Below, piece by piece: positions 1-14,582 of a stretch of DNA of 64,000 bases; within the stretch, counting starts at the first letter, position 1, and every line of letters starts with the position of its first letter. Position numbers and translations under genes: made by a program. The DNA lies in the NCBI RefSeq assembly GCF_964355755.1, contig NC_092680.1, positions 12,282,945 to 12,346,944 of the forward strand, in the 5' to 3' direction. The stretch is from Antedon mediterranea. Taxonomy: Eukaryota; Animalia; Echinodermata. The notes below the pieces were generated by a model. That model did no database searches, had not been told where the DNA came from, and saw only the letters and a program-made list of their open reading frames with translations.

Positions 1-358
1 GAGATAGATCAGCGAGAGGGAGAGATAGATCAGCGAGAGAGATATAGATCAGCGAGAGAGAGATAGATCAGCGAGAGAGAAATAGATCAGCGAGAGAGAG
101 ATAGATCAGCGAGAGGGAGAGATAGATCAGCGAGAGAGAGATAGATCAGCGAGAGAGAGAGAGATAGATCAGCGAGATAGAGAAAGATCAGCGAGAGAGA
201 GATAAATCAGCGAGAGAGAGATAAATCAGCGAGAGAGAGATAGATCAGCGAGAGAGAGATAGATCAGCGAGAGAGAAATAGATGAGCGAGAGAGAGATAG
301 ATCAGCGAGAGAGAGATAGATAGATCAGCGAGAGAGAGAGAGAGATAGATCAGCGAGA

Positions 359-396
<38 letters not shown>

Positions 397-2319
397 TAGA
401 TCAGCGAGAGAGAGAGAGATAGATCAGCGAGAGAGAGATAGATCAGCGAGAGGGAGAGATAGATCAGCGAGAGAGAGATAGATCAGCAAGAAAGAGATAG
501 ATCAGCGAGAGAGAGATAGATCAGCGAGAGAGATAGATCAGCGAGAGAGAGAGAGATAGATCAGCGAGAGAGACAGAGAAATAGATCAGCGAGAGAGAGA
601 AAGATCAGCGAGAGAGAGATAGGTCAGCGACAGAGAGATAGATCAGCGAGAGAAAGATAGATCAGCGAGAGAGATATAGATCAGCGAGAGAGAGATAGAT
701 CAGCGAGAGAGAGAGATAGATCAGCGAGAGAGAGAAAGATCAGCGAGAGAGAGATAGATCAGTGAGAGAGAGATAGATCAGCGAGAGAGAGATAGATTAG
801 CGGGGGAGAGATAGATCAGCGAGAGAGAGAGAGATAGATCAGAGAGAGAGATAGATCAGCGAGAGATAGATAGATCAGCGAGAGAGAGATAGATTAGCAA
901 GAGAGAGATAGATCAGCGAGAGAGAGATAGATCAGCGAGAGAGAGAGAGATAGATCAGCGAGAGAGATAGATCAGCGAGAGGGAGAGATAGATCAGCGAG
1001 AGAGAGATAGATCAGCGAGAGAGAGATAGATCAGCGAGAGAGAGATAGATCAGCGCGAGAGAAATAGATCAGTGAGAGAGAGATAGATCAGCGAGAGAGA
1101 GAGATAGATCAGCGAGAGAGAGAAAGATAAGCGAGAGAGAGATAGATCAGCGACAGAGAGATAGATCAGCGAGAGAGAGAGATAGATCAGCGAGAGAGAT
1201 ATAGATCAGCGAGAGAGATAGATCAGCGAGAGAGAGATAGATCAGCGAGAGAGAGAAAGATCAGCGAGAGAGATAGATCAGCGAGAGAGAGATAGATCAG
1301 CGAGAGAGAGATAGATCAGCGAGAGAGAGAGAGAGAGATAGATCAGCGAGAGAGAGATAGATCAGCGAGAGAGAGATATATAAGCGAGAGAGAGTCAGAT
1401 TAGCGAGAGAGAGATAGATCAGCGAGAGAGAGATAGATCAGTGAGAGAGAGAGATCAGCGAGAGAGAGAGATAGATCAGCGAGAGAGAGATAGATCAGCG
1501 AGAGAGAGAAAGATAGATCAGCGAGAGAGAGATAGATAGATCAGCGAGAGAGAGATAGATCAGCGAAAGAGAGATAGATAGATCAGCGAGAGAGAGATAG
1601 ATCAGCGAGAGAGATAGATTAGCGAGAGAGAGATAGATAGATGAGCGAGAGAGAGATAGATGAGCGAGAGAGAGATAGATCAGCGAGAGAGAGATAGATC
1701 AGCGAGAGAGAGATAGATCAGCGAGAGAGAGATAGATAGATCAGCAAGAGAGAGATAGATAGATCAGCAAGAGAGAGATAGATAGATCAGCGAGAGAGAG
1801 ATAGATGAGCGAGAGAGAGATAGATCAGCGAGAGAGATAGATAGATCAGCGAGAGAGAGATAGATCAGCGAGAGAGAGAGAGAGATAGATCAGCGAGAGA
1901 GAGAGATAGATCACCGAGAGAGAGATAGATCAGCGAGAGAGATAGATCAGCGAGAGGGAGAGATAGATCAGCGAGAGAGAGATAGATCAGCAAGAGAGAT
2001 AGATCAGCGAGAGATAGATAGATCAGCGAGAGAGAGATAGATCAGCGAGAGAGAGAGATAAATCAACGAGAGAGAGAGATAGATCAGCGAGATAGAGAAA
2101 GATCTGCGAGAGAGAGATAGATCAGCGAGAGAGAGATAGATCAGCGAGAGAGAGATAGACCAGCGAGAGAGAGATAGATAAGCGAGAGAGAGATAGATCA
2201 GCGAGAGAGAGAGATAGATCAGCGAGAGCGAGATAGATTAGCGAGAAAGAGATAGATCAGCGAGAGAGATAGATAGATCAGTGAGAGAGAGATAGATCAG
2301 CGAGAGAGAGAGAGATAGA

Positions 2320-2350
<31 letters not shown>

Positions 2351-3278
2351 TAGATCAGCGAGAGAGAGAGAGATAGATCAGCGAGAGAGAGATAGATCAG
2401 CGAGAGAGAGATAGATCAGCGAGAGGGAGAGATAGATCAGCGAGAGAGAGATAGATCAGCGAGAGAGAGATAGATCAGCGAGAGAGAGATAGATCAGCGA
2501 GAGAGATAGATCAGCGAGAGAGAGAGATAGATCAGCGAGAGAGAGAGAGATAGATCAGCGAGAGAGAGAAAGATCAGCGAGAGAGAGATAGGTCAGCGAC
2601 AGAGAGATAGATCAGAGCGAGAGAGAGAAAGATCAGCGAGAGAGAGATAGATCAGTGAGAGAGAGATAGATCAGCGAGAGAGAGATAGATTAGCGGGGGA
2701 GAGATAGATCAGCGAGAGAGAGAGAGATAGATCAGAGAGAGAGAGATAGATCAGCGAGAGAGAGATAGATCAGCGAGAGAGAGATAGATTAGCAAGAGAG
2801 AGATAGATCAGCGAGAGAGAGATAGATCAGCGAGAGAGAGAGAGATAGATCAGAGAGAGAGATAGATCAGCGAGAGATAGATAGATCAGCGAGAGAGAGA
2901 TAGATTAGCAAGAGAGAGATAGATCAGCGAGAGAGAGATAGATCAGCGAGAGAGAGAGAGATCAGCGAGAGAGATAGATCAGCGAGAGAGAGATAGATCA
3001 GCGAGAGAGATATAGATAGATCAGCGAGAGAGAGATAGATCAGCGAGAGAGATATAGATCAGCGAGAGAGAGATAGATCAGCGAGAGATAGATAGATCAG
3101 CGAGAGAGAGAGATAGATCCAGCAAGAGAGAGATAGATCAGCGAGAGAGAGAGATAGATCAGCGAGAGCGAGATAGATTAGCGAGAGAGAGATAGATCAG
3201 CGAGAGAGAGATAGATCAGCGAGAGAGATAGATAGATCAGCGAGAGAGAGATAGATCAGCGAGAGAGAGAGAGATAGA

Positions 3279-3321
<43 letters not shown>

Positions 3322-4765
3322 TCAGCGAGAGAGAGAGTGATAGATCAGCGAGAGAGAGAGATAGATCAGCGAGAGAGAGATAGATCAGCGAGAGGGAGAG
3401 ATAGATCAGCGAGAGAGAGATAGATCAGCGAGAGAGAGATAGATCAGCGAGAGAGAGATAGATCAGCGAGAGAGATAGATCAGCGAGAGAGAGAGATAGA
3501 TCAGCGAGAGAGAGAAAGATCAGCGAGAGAGAGATAGGTCAGCGACAGAGAGATAGATCAGCGAGAGAGATAGATCAGCGAGAGAGATATAGATCAGCGA
3601 GAGAGAGAGATCGATCAGCGAGAGAGAGAGAGATAGATCAGCGAGAGAGAGAAAGATCAGCGAGAGAGAGAGAGATAGATCAGCGAGAAAGAGATAGATC
3701 AGCGAGAGAGATAGATAGATCAGCGAGAGAGAGATAGATCAGCGAGAGAGAGAGAGAGAGATAGATCAGCGAGAGAGAGAGAGAGAGATAGATCAGCGAG
3801 AGGGAGAGATAGATCAGCGAGAGAGATATAGATCAGCGAGAGAGAGATAGATCAGCGAGAGAGAAATAGATCAGCGAGAGAGAGATAGATCAGCGAGAGG
3901 GAGAGATAGATCAGCGAGAGAGAGATAGATCAGCGAGAGAGAGAGAGAGATAGATCAGTGAGAGGGAGAGATAGATCAGCGAGAGAGAGATTGATCAGCG
4001 AGAGAGAGATAGATCAGCGAGAGAGAGATAGACAAGCGAGAGAGAGATAGATCAGCGAGATAGAGAGATAGATCAGCGAGAGAGATAGATCAGCGAGAGA
4101 GAGATAGATCAGCGAGAGGGAGAGATAGATCAGCGAGAGAGATATAGATCAGCGAGAGAGAGAGATAGATCAGCGAGAGAGATATAAATCAGCGAGAGAG
4201 AGATAGATCAGCGAGAGAGAGATAGATCAGCGAGAGAGAGAAAGATCAGCGAGAGAAAGATAGATCAGTGAGAGAGAGATAGATCAGCGAGAGAGAGATA
4301 GATTAGCGAGAGAGAGATAGATCAGCGAGAGAGAGAGAGATAGATCAGAGAGAGAGATAGATCAGCGAGAGAGAGATAGATCAGCGAGAGAGAGATAGAT
4401 TAGCAAGAGAGAGATAGATCAGCGAGAGAGAGATAGATCAGCGAGAGAGAGATAGATCAGCGAGAGAGAGATAGATCAGCGAGAGAGAAATAGATCAGCG
4501 AGAGAGAGATAGATAGATCAGCGAGAGAGAGATAGATAGATCAGCGAGAGAGAGAGAGATAGATCAGCGAGAGAGAGAGAGATAGATCAGCAAGAGAGAG
4601 AGATAGATCAGCGAGAGCGAGATAGATTAGCGAGAGAGATAGATCTGCGAGAGAGAGATAGATCAGCGAGAGAGAGAGATAGATCAGCGAGAAAGAGATA
4701 GATCAGCGAGAGAGATAGATAGATCAGTGAGAGAGAGATAGATCAGCGAGAGAGAGAGAGATAGA

Positions 4766-4804
<39 letters not shown>

Positions 4805-5714
4805 TCAGCGAGAGAGAGAGAGATAGATCAGCGAGAGAGAGATAGATCAGCGAGAGAGAGATAGATCAGCGAGAGGGAGAGATAGATCAGCGAGAGAGAG
4901 ATAGATCAGCGAGAGAGAGATAGATCAGCGAGAGAGAGATAGATCAGCGAGAGAGATAGATCAGCGAGAGAGAGAGATAGATCAGCGAGAGAGAGAGAGA
5001 TAGATCAGCGAGAGAGAGAAAGATCAGCGAGAGAGAGATAGGTCAGCGACAGAGAGATAGATCAGCGAGAGAGATAGATCAGCGAGAGAGATATAGGTCA
5101 GCGAGAGAGAGATAGATCAGCGAGAGAGAGAGATAGATCAGCGAGAGAGAGGAAAGATCAGCGAGAGAGAGATAGATCAGTGAGAGAGAGATAGATCAGC
5201 GAGAGAGAGATAGATTTGCGGGGAGAGATAGATCAGCGAGAGAGAGAGAGATAGATCAGAGAGAGAGAGATAGATCAGCGAGAGAGAGATAGATCAGCGA
5301 GAGAGAGATAGATTAGCAAGAGAGAGATAGATCAGCGAGAGAGAGATAGATCAGCGAGAGAGAGAGAGATAGATCAGAGAGAGAGATAGATCAGCGAGAG
5401 AGAGATAGATCAGCGAGAGAGAGATAGATCAGCGAGAGAGAAATAGATCAGCGAGAGAGAGATAGATAGATCAGCGAGAGAGAGATAGATAGATCAGCGA
5501 GAGAGAGAGAGATAGATCAGCAAGAGAGAGATAGATCTGCGAGAGAGAGAGATAGATCAGCGAGAGCGAGACAGATTAGCGAGAGAGATAGATCTGCGAG
5601 AGAGAGATAGATCAGCGAGAGAGAGAGATAGATCAGCGAGAAAGAGATAGATCAGCGAGAGAGATAGATAGATCAGTGAGAGAGAGATAGATCAGCGAGA
5701 GAGAGAGAGATAGA

Positions 5715-5753
<39 letters not shown>

Positions 5754-8471
5754 TCAGCGAGAGAGAGAGAGATAGATCAGCGAGAGAGAGATAAATCAGC
5801 GAGAGAGAGATAGATCAGCGAGAGGGAGAGATAGATCAGCGAGAGAGAGATAGATCAGCGAGAGAGAGATAGATCAGCGAGAGAGAGATAGATCAGCGAG
5901 AGAGATAGATCAGCGAGAGAGAGAGATAGATCAGCGAGAGAGAGAGAGATAGATCAGCGAGAGAGAGAAAGATCAGCGAGAGAGAGATAGGTCAGCGACA
6001 GAGAGATAGATCAGCGAGAGAGATAGATCAGCGAGAGAGATATAGATCAGCGAGAGAGAGAGATAGATCAGCGAGAGAGAGAGATAGATCAGCGAGAGAG
6101 AGAAAGATCAGCGAGAGAGAGATAGATCAGTGAGAGAGAGACAGATCAGCGAGAGAGAGATAGATTAGCGGGGGAGAGATAGATCAGCGAGAGAGAGAGA
6201 GATAGATCAGAGAGAGAGAGAGATAGATCAGCGAGAGAGAGATAGATCAGCGAGAGAGAGATAGATTAGCAAGAGAGAGATAGATCAGCGAGAGAGAGAT
6301 AGATCAGCGAGAGAGAGAGAGATCAGCGAGAGAGAGATAGATCAGCGAGAGAGAGATAGATCAGCGAGAGAGAGAGAGATAGATCAGCGAGAGGGATAGA
6401 TTAGCGAGAGGGAGAGATAGATCAGCGAGAGAGAGATAGATCAGCGAGAGAGAGATAGATCAGCGAGAGAGATAGATCAGCGAGAGAGAGATAGATAAGC
6501 GAGAGAGAGATAGATCAGCGAGAAAGAGAAGATGGATCAGCGAGAGAGAGAGATTGATCAGCGAGATAGAGAAAGATCTGCGAGAGAGAGATAGATCAGC
6601 GAGAGAGAGATAGATCAGCGAGAGAGAGATAGATCAGCGAGAGAGAGATAGATCAGCGAGAGAGAGAGATAGATCAGCGAGAGAGAGATAGATCAGCGAG
6701 ATAGAGAAAGATCAGCGAGAGAGAGATAGATCAGTGACAGAGACATAGATCAGCGAGAGAGAGATAGATCAGCGAGAGAGATATAGATCAGCGAGAGTGA
6801 GATAGATCAGCGAGAGATAGATAGATCAGCGAGAGAGAGAGAGAGAGATAGATCAGCGAGAGAGAGATAGATCAGCTAGAGAGAGATAGATCAGCGAGAG
6901 AGAGAGAGATAGATCAGCGAGAGAGAGATAGATAGATCAGCGAAAGAGAGATAGATCAGCGAGAGAGAGAGATAGATCAGCGAGAAAGAGATAGATCAGC
7001 GAGAGAGATAGATAGATCAGCGAGAGAGAGATAGATCAGCGAGAGAGAGAGAGATAGATCAGCGAGAGAGAGAGAGATAGATCAGCGAGAGAGAGATAGA
7101 TCAGCGAGAGAGAGATAGATCAGCGAGAGAGAGATAAATTAGCGAGAGAGAGATAGATCAGCGAGAAAGAGATAGATCAGCGAGAGAGAGAGAGAGAGAG
7201 AGAGATCAGCGAGAGAGAGAGATAGATCAGCGAGAGAGAGATAGATCAGCGAGAGAGATATAGATCAGCGAGAGAGAGAGATAGAGATAGATCAGCGAGA
7301 GAGAGATAGATCAGCGAGAGAGAGATAGATCAGCGAGAGAGAGATAGATCAGCGAGAGGGAAAGATAGATCAGCGAGAGAGAGATAGATCAGCGAGAGAT
7401 ATAGATCAGCGAGAGAGAGATAGATCAGCGAGAGAGAGATAGATCAGCGAGAGAGAGAGATGGATCAGCGATAGAGAGAGATAGATCAGCGAGATAGAGA
7501 AAGATCTGCGAGAGAGAGATTGATCAGCGACAGAGAGATGGATCAGCGAAAGAGAGATAGATCAGCAAGAGAGATATAGATCAGCGAGAGAGAGATAGAT
7601 CAGCGAGAGGGAGAGATAGATCAGCGAGAGAGAGATAGATCAGCGAGAGAGAGAGAGATAGATCAGTGAGAGGGAGAGATAGATCAGCGAGAGAGAGATT
7701 GATCAGCGAGAGAGAGATAGATCAGCGAGAGAGAGATAGACAAGCGAGAGAGAGATAGATCAGCGAGATAGAGAGATAGATCAGCGAGAGAGATAGATCA
7801 GCGAGAGAGAGATAGATCAGCGAGAGGGAGAGATAGATCAGCGAGAGAGATATAGATCAGCGAGAGAGAGATAGATCAGCGAGAGAGATATAAATCAGCG
7901 AGAGAGAGATAGATCAGCGAGAGAGAGATAGATCAGCGAGAGAGAGAAAGATCAGCGAGAGAAAGATAGATCAGTGAGAGAGAGATAGATCAGCGAGAGA
8001 GAGATAGATTAGCGAGAGAGAGATAGATCAGCGAGAGAGAGAGAGATAGATCAGAGAGAGAGATAGATCAGCGAGAGAGAGATAGATCAGCGAGAGAGAG
8101 ATAGATTAGCAAGAGAGAGATAGATCAGCGAGAGAGAGATAGATCAGCGAGAGAGAGATAGATCAGCGAGAGAGAGATAGATCAGCGAGAGAGAAATAGA
8201 TCAGCGAGAGAGAGATAGATAGATCAGCGAGAGAGAGATAGATAGATCAGCGAGAGAGAGAGAGATAGATCAGCGAGAGAGAGAGAGATAGATCAGCAAG
8301 AGAGAGAGATAGATCAGCGAGAGCGAGATAGATTAGCGAGAGAGATAGATCTGCGAGAGAGAGATAGATCAGCGAGAGAGAGAGATAGATCAGCGAGAAA
8401 GAGATAGATCAGCGAGAGAGATAGATAGATCAGTGAGAGAGAGATAGATCAGCGAGAGAGAGAGAGATAGA

Positions 8472-8508
<37 letters not shown>

Positions 8509-9418
8509 TCAGCGAGAGAGAGAGAGATAGATCAGCGAGAGAGAGATAGATCAGCGAGAGAGAGATAGATCAGCGAGAGGGAGAGATAGATCAGCGAGAG
8601 AGAGATAGATCAGCGAGAGAGAGATAGATCAGCGAGAGAGAGATAGATCAGCGAGAGAGATAGATCAGCGAGAGAGAGAGATAGATCAGCGAGAGAGAGA
8701 GAGATAGATCAGCGAGAGAGAGAAAGATCAGCGAGAGAGAGATAGGTCAGCGACAGAGAGATAGATCAGCGAGAGAGATAGATCAGCGAGAGAGATATAG
8801 GTCAGCGAGAGAGAGATAGATCAGCGAGAGAGAGAGATAGATCAGCGAGAGAGAGAAAGATCAGCGAGAGAGAGATAGATCAGTGAGAGAGAGATAGATC
8901 AGCGAGAGAGAGATAGATTTGCGGGGGAGAGATAGATCAGCGAGAGAGAGAGAGATAGATCAGAGAGAGAGAGATAGATCAGCGAGAGAGAGATAGATCA
9001 GCGAGAGAGAGATAGATTAGCAAGAGAGAGATAGATCAGCGAGAGAGAGATAGATCAGCGAGAGAGAGAGAGATAGATCAGAGAGAGAGATAGATCAGCG
9101 AGAGAGAGATAGATCAGCGAGAGAGAGATAGATCAGCGAGAGAGAAATAGATCAGCGAGAGAGAGATAGATAGATCAGCGAGAGAGAGATAGATAGATCA
9201 GCGAGAGAGAGAGAGATAGATCAGCAAGAGAGAGATAGATCTGCGAGAGAGAGAGATAGATCAGCGAGAGCGAGACAGATTAGCGAGAGAGATAGATCTG
9301 CGAGAGAGAGATAGATCAGCGAGAGAGAGAGATAGATCAGCGAGAAAGAGATAGATCAGCGAGAGAGATAGATAGATCAGTGAGAGAGAGATAGATCAGC
9401 GAGAGAGAGAGAGATAGA

Positions 9419-9455
<37 letters not shown>

Positions 9456-11517
9456 TCAGCGAGAGAGAGAGAGATAGATCAGCGAGAGAGAGATAAATCA
9501 GCGAGAGAGAGATAGATCAGCGAGAGGGAGAGATAGATCAGCGAGAGAGAGATAGATCAGCGAGAGAGAGATAGATCAGCGAGAGAGAGATAGATCAGCG
9601 AGAGAGATAGATCAGCGAGAGAGAGAGATAGATCAGCGAGAGAGAGAGAGATAGATCAGCGAGAGAGAGAAAGATCAGCGAGAGAGAGATAGGTCAGCGA
9701 CAGAGAGATAGATCAGCGAGAGAGATAGATCAGCGAGAGAGATATAGATCAGCGAGAGAGAGAGATAGATCAGCGAGAGAGAGAGATAGATCAGCGAGAG
9801 AGAGAAAGATCAGCGAGAGAGAGATAGATCAGTGAGAGAGAGACAGATCAGCGAGAGAGAGATAGATTAGCGGGGGAGAGATAGATCAGCGAGAGAGAGA
9901 GAGATAGATCAGAGAGAGAGAGAGATAGATCAGCGAGAGAGAGATAGATCAGCGAGAGAGAGATAGATTAGCAAGAGAGAGATAGATCAGCGAGAGAGAG
10001 ATAGATCAGCGAGAGAGAGAGAGATCAGCGAGAGAGAGATAGATCAGCGAGAGAGAGATAGATCAGCGAGAGAGAGAGAGATAGATCAGCGAGAGGGATA
10101 GATTAGCGAGAGGGAGAGATAGATCAGCGAGAGAGAGATAGATCAGCGAGAGAGAGATAGATCAGCGAGAGAGATAGATCAGCGAGAGAGAGATAGATAA
10201 GCGAGAGAGAGATAGATCAGCGAGAAAGAGAGATGGATCAGCGAGAGAGAGAGATAGATCAGCGAGATAGAGAAAGATCTGCGAGAGAGAGATAGATCAG
10301 CGAGAGAGAGATAGATCAGCGAGAGAGAGATAGATCAGCGAGAGAGAGATAGATCAGCGAGAGAGAGAGATAGATCAGCGAGAGAGAGATAGATCAGCGA
10401 GATAGAGAAAGATCAGCGAGAGAGAGATAGATCAGTGACAGAGACATAGATCAGCGAGAGAGAGATAGATCAGCGAGAGAGATATAGATCAGCGAGAGTG
10501 AGATAGATCAGCGAGAGATAGATAGATCAGCGAGAGAGAGAGAGAGAGATAGATCAGCAAGAGAGAGATAGATCAGCGAGAGAGAGAGAGATCAGCGAGA
10601 GAGAGAGAGATAGATCAGCGAGAGAGAGATAGATAGATCAGCGAAAGAGAGATAGATCAGCGAGAGAGAGAGAGATAGATCAGCGAGAAAGAGATAGATC
10701 AGCGAGAGAGATAGATAGATCAGCGAGAGAGAGATAGATCAGCGAGAGAGAGAGAGATAGATCAGCGAGAGAGAGAGAGATAGATCAGCGAGAGAGAGAT
10801 AGATCAGCGAGAGAGAGATAGATCAGCGAGAGAGAGATAAATTAGCGAGAGAGAGATAGATCAGCGAGAAAGAGATAGATCAGCGAGAGAGAGAGAGAGA
10901 GAGAGATCAGCGAGAGAGAGAGATAGATCAGCGAGAGAGAGATAGATCAGCGAGAGAGATATAGATCAGCGAGAGAGAGAGATAGAGATAGATCAGCGAG
11001 AGAGAGATAGATCAGCGAGAGAGAGATAGATCAGCGAGAGAGAGATAGATCAGCGAGAGGGAAAGATAGATCAGCGAGAGAGAGATAGATCAGCGAGAGA
11101 TATAGATCAGCGAGAGAGAGATAGATCAGCGAGAGAGAGATAGATCAGCGAGAGAGAGAGATGGATCAGCGATAGAGAGAGATAGATCAGCGAGATAGAG
11201 AAAGATCTGCGAGAGAGAGATTGATCAGCGACAGAGAGATGGATCAGCGAAAGAGAGATAGATCAGCAAGAGAGATATAGATCAGCGAGAGAGAGATAGA
11301 TCAGCGAGAGAGAGATAGATCAGCGAGAGAGAGAAAGATCAGCGAGAGAGAGATAGATCAGCGAGAGAGAAATAGATCAGCGAGAGAGAGATAGATCAGC
11401 CAGAGAAAGAGAGAGATAGATCAGCGAGAGAGAGATAGATCAGCGAGAGAGAGAGATAGATCAGCGAGAGAGAGATAGATTAGCGAGAGAGAGATAGATC
11501 ACCGAGAGAGAGATAGA

Positions 11518-11568
<51 letters not shown>

Positions 11569-12691
11569 AGCGAGAGAGAGATAGATCAGCGAGAGAGAGA
11601 AAGATCAGCAAGAGAGAGATAGATCAGCGAGAGAGAGATAGATCAGCGAGAGAGAGAGAGATCAGCGAGAGAGATAGATCAGCGAGAGAGAGATAGATCA
11701 GCGAGAGAGATATAGATAGATCAGCGAGAGAGAGATAGATCAGCGAGAGAGATATAGATCAGCGAGAGAGAGATAGATCAGCAAGAGAGAGATAAATCAG
11801 CGAGAGAGAGAGAGAGATAGATCAGCGAGAGGGAGAGATAGATCAGCGAGAGAGAGATAGATCAGCGAGAGAGAGAGAGATAGATCAGTGAGAGGGAGAG
11901 ATAGATCAGCGAGAGAGAGATAGATCAGCGAGAGAGAGATAGATCAGCGAGAGAGAGATAGACCAGCGAGAGAGAGATAGATCAGCGAGATAGAGAGATA
12001 AATCAGCGAGAGAGATAGATCAGCGAGAGAGAGATAGATCAGCGAGAGGGAGAGATAGATCAGCGAGAGAGATATAGATCAGCGAGAGAGAGATAGATCA
12101 GCGAGAGAGATATAAATCAGCGAGAGAGAGATAGATCAGCGAGAGAGAGATAGATCAGTGAGAGAGAGAAAGATCAGCGAGAGAGAGATAGATCAGTGAG
12201 AGAGAGATAGATCAGCGAGAGAGAGATAGATTAGCGAGAGAGAGATAGATCAGCGAGAGAGAGAGAGATAGATCAGAGAGAGAGAGATAGATCAGCGAGA
12301 GAGAGATAGATCAGCGAGAGAGAGATAGATTAGCAAGAGAGAGATAGATCAGCGAGAGAGAGATAGATCAGCGAGAGAGAGATAGATCAGCGAGAGAGAG
12401 ATAGATCAGCGAGAGAGAAATAGATCAGCGAGAGAGAGATAGATAGATCAGCGAGAGAGAGATAGATAGATCAGCGAGAGAGAGAGAGATAGATCAGCAA
12501 GAGAGAGATAGATCAGCGAGAGAGAGAGATAGATCAGCGAGAGCGAGATAGATTAGCGAGAGAGATAGATCTGCGAGAGAGAGATAGATCAGCGAGAGAG
12601 AGAGATAGATCAGCGAGAAAGAGATAGATCAGCGAGAGAGATAGATAGATCAGTGAGAGAGAGATAGATCAGCGAGAGAGAGAGAGATAGA

Positions 12692-12734
<43 letters not shown>

Positions 12735-14551
12735 TCAGCGAGAGAGAGAGAGATAGATCAGCGAGAGAGAGATAGATCAGCGAGAGAGAGATAGATCAGC
12801 GAGAGGGAGAGATAGATCAGCGAGAGAGAGATAGATCAGCGAGAGAGAGATAGATCAGCGAGAGAGAGATAGATCAGCGAGAGAGATAGATCACCGAGAG
12901 AGAGAGATAGATCAGCGAGAGAGAGAGAGATAGATCAGCGAGAGAGAGAAAGATCAGCGAGAGAGAGATAGGTCAGCGACAGAGAGATAGATCAGCGAGA
13001 GAGATAGATCAGCGAGAGAGATATAGATCAGCGAGAGAGAGAGATAGATCAGCGAGAGAGAGAGATAGATCAGCGAGAGAGAGAAAAACCAGCGAGAGAG
13101 AGATAGATCAGTGAGAGAGAGACAGATCAGCGAGAGAGAGATAGATTAGCGGGGGAGAGATAGATCAGCGAGAGAGAGAGAGATAGATCAGAGAGAGAGA
13201 GAGATAGATCAGCGAGAGAGAGATAGATCAGCGAGAGAGAGATAGATTAGCAAGAAAGAGATAGATCAGCGAGAGAGAGATAGATCAGCGAGAGAGAGAG
13301 AGAGAGATCAGCGAGAGAGAGATATATCAGCGAGAGAGAGATAGATCAGCGAGAGAGAGATAGATCAGCGAGAGAGAGAGAGATAGATCAGCGAGAGAGA
13401 TAGATTAGCGAGAGGGAGAGATAGATCAGCGAGAGAGAGATAGATCAGTGAGAGAGAGATAGATCAGTGACAGAGACATAGATCAGCGAGAGAGAGATAG
13501 ATCAGCGAGAGAGATATAGATCAGCGAGAGTGAGATAGATCAGCGAGAGATAGATAGATCAGCGAGAGAGAGAGAGAGAGATAGATCAGCAAGAGAGAGA
13601 TAGATCAGCGAGAGAGAGAGAGAGATCAGCGAGAGAGAGAGATAGATCAGCGAGAGAGAGATAGATAGATCAGCGAAAGAGAGATAGATCAGCGAGAGAG
13701 AGAGATAGATCAGCGAGAAAGAGATAGATCAGCGAGAGAGATAGATAGATCAGCGAGAGAGAGATAGATCAGCGAGAGAGAGAGAGATAGATCAGCGAGA
13801 GAGAGAGATAGATCAGCGAGAGAGAGATAGATCAGCGAGAGAGAGATAGATCAGCGAGAGAGAGATAAATTAGCGAGAGAGAGATAGATCAGCGAGAAAG
13901 AGATAGATCAGCGAGAGAGAGAGAGAGAGAGAGAGATCAGCGAGAGAGAGAGATAGATCAGCGAGAGAGAGATAGATCAGCGAGAGAGATATAGATCAGC
14001 GAGAGAGAGAGATAGAGATAGATCAGCGAGAGAGAGAGATAGATCAGCGAGAGAGAGATAGATCAGCGAGAGAGAGATAGATCAGCGAGAGGGAAAGATA
14101 GATCAGCGAGAGAGAGATAGATCAGCGAGAAATATAGATCAGCGAGAGAGAGATAGATCAGCGAGAGAGAGATAGATCAGCGAGAGAGAGAGATGGATCA
14201 GCGATAGAGAGAGATAGATCAGCGAGATAGAGAAAGATCTGCGAGAGAGAGATTGATCAGCGACAGAGAGATGGATCAGCGAAAGAGAGATAGATCAGCG
14301 AGAGAGATATAGATCAGCGAGAGAGAGATAGATCAGCGAGAGAGAGATAGATCAGCGAGAGAGAGAAAGATCAGCGAGAGAGAGATAGATCAGCGAGAGA
14401 GAAATAGATCAGCGAGAGAGAGATAGATCAGCGAGAGAGAGAGAGAGAGATAGATCAGCGAGAGAGAGATAGATCAGCGAGAGAGAGAGATAGATCAGCG
14501 AGAGAGAGATAGATTAGCGAGAGAGAGATAGATCAGCGAGAGAGAGATAGA

Positions 14552-14582
<31 letters not shown>
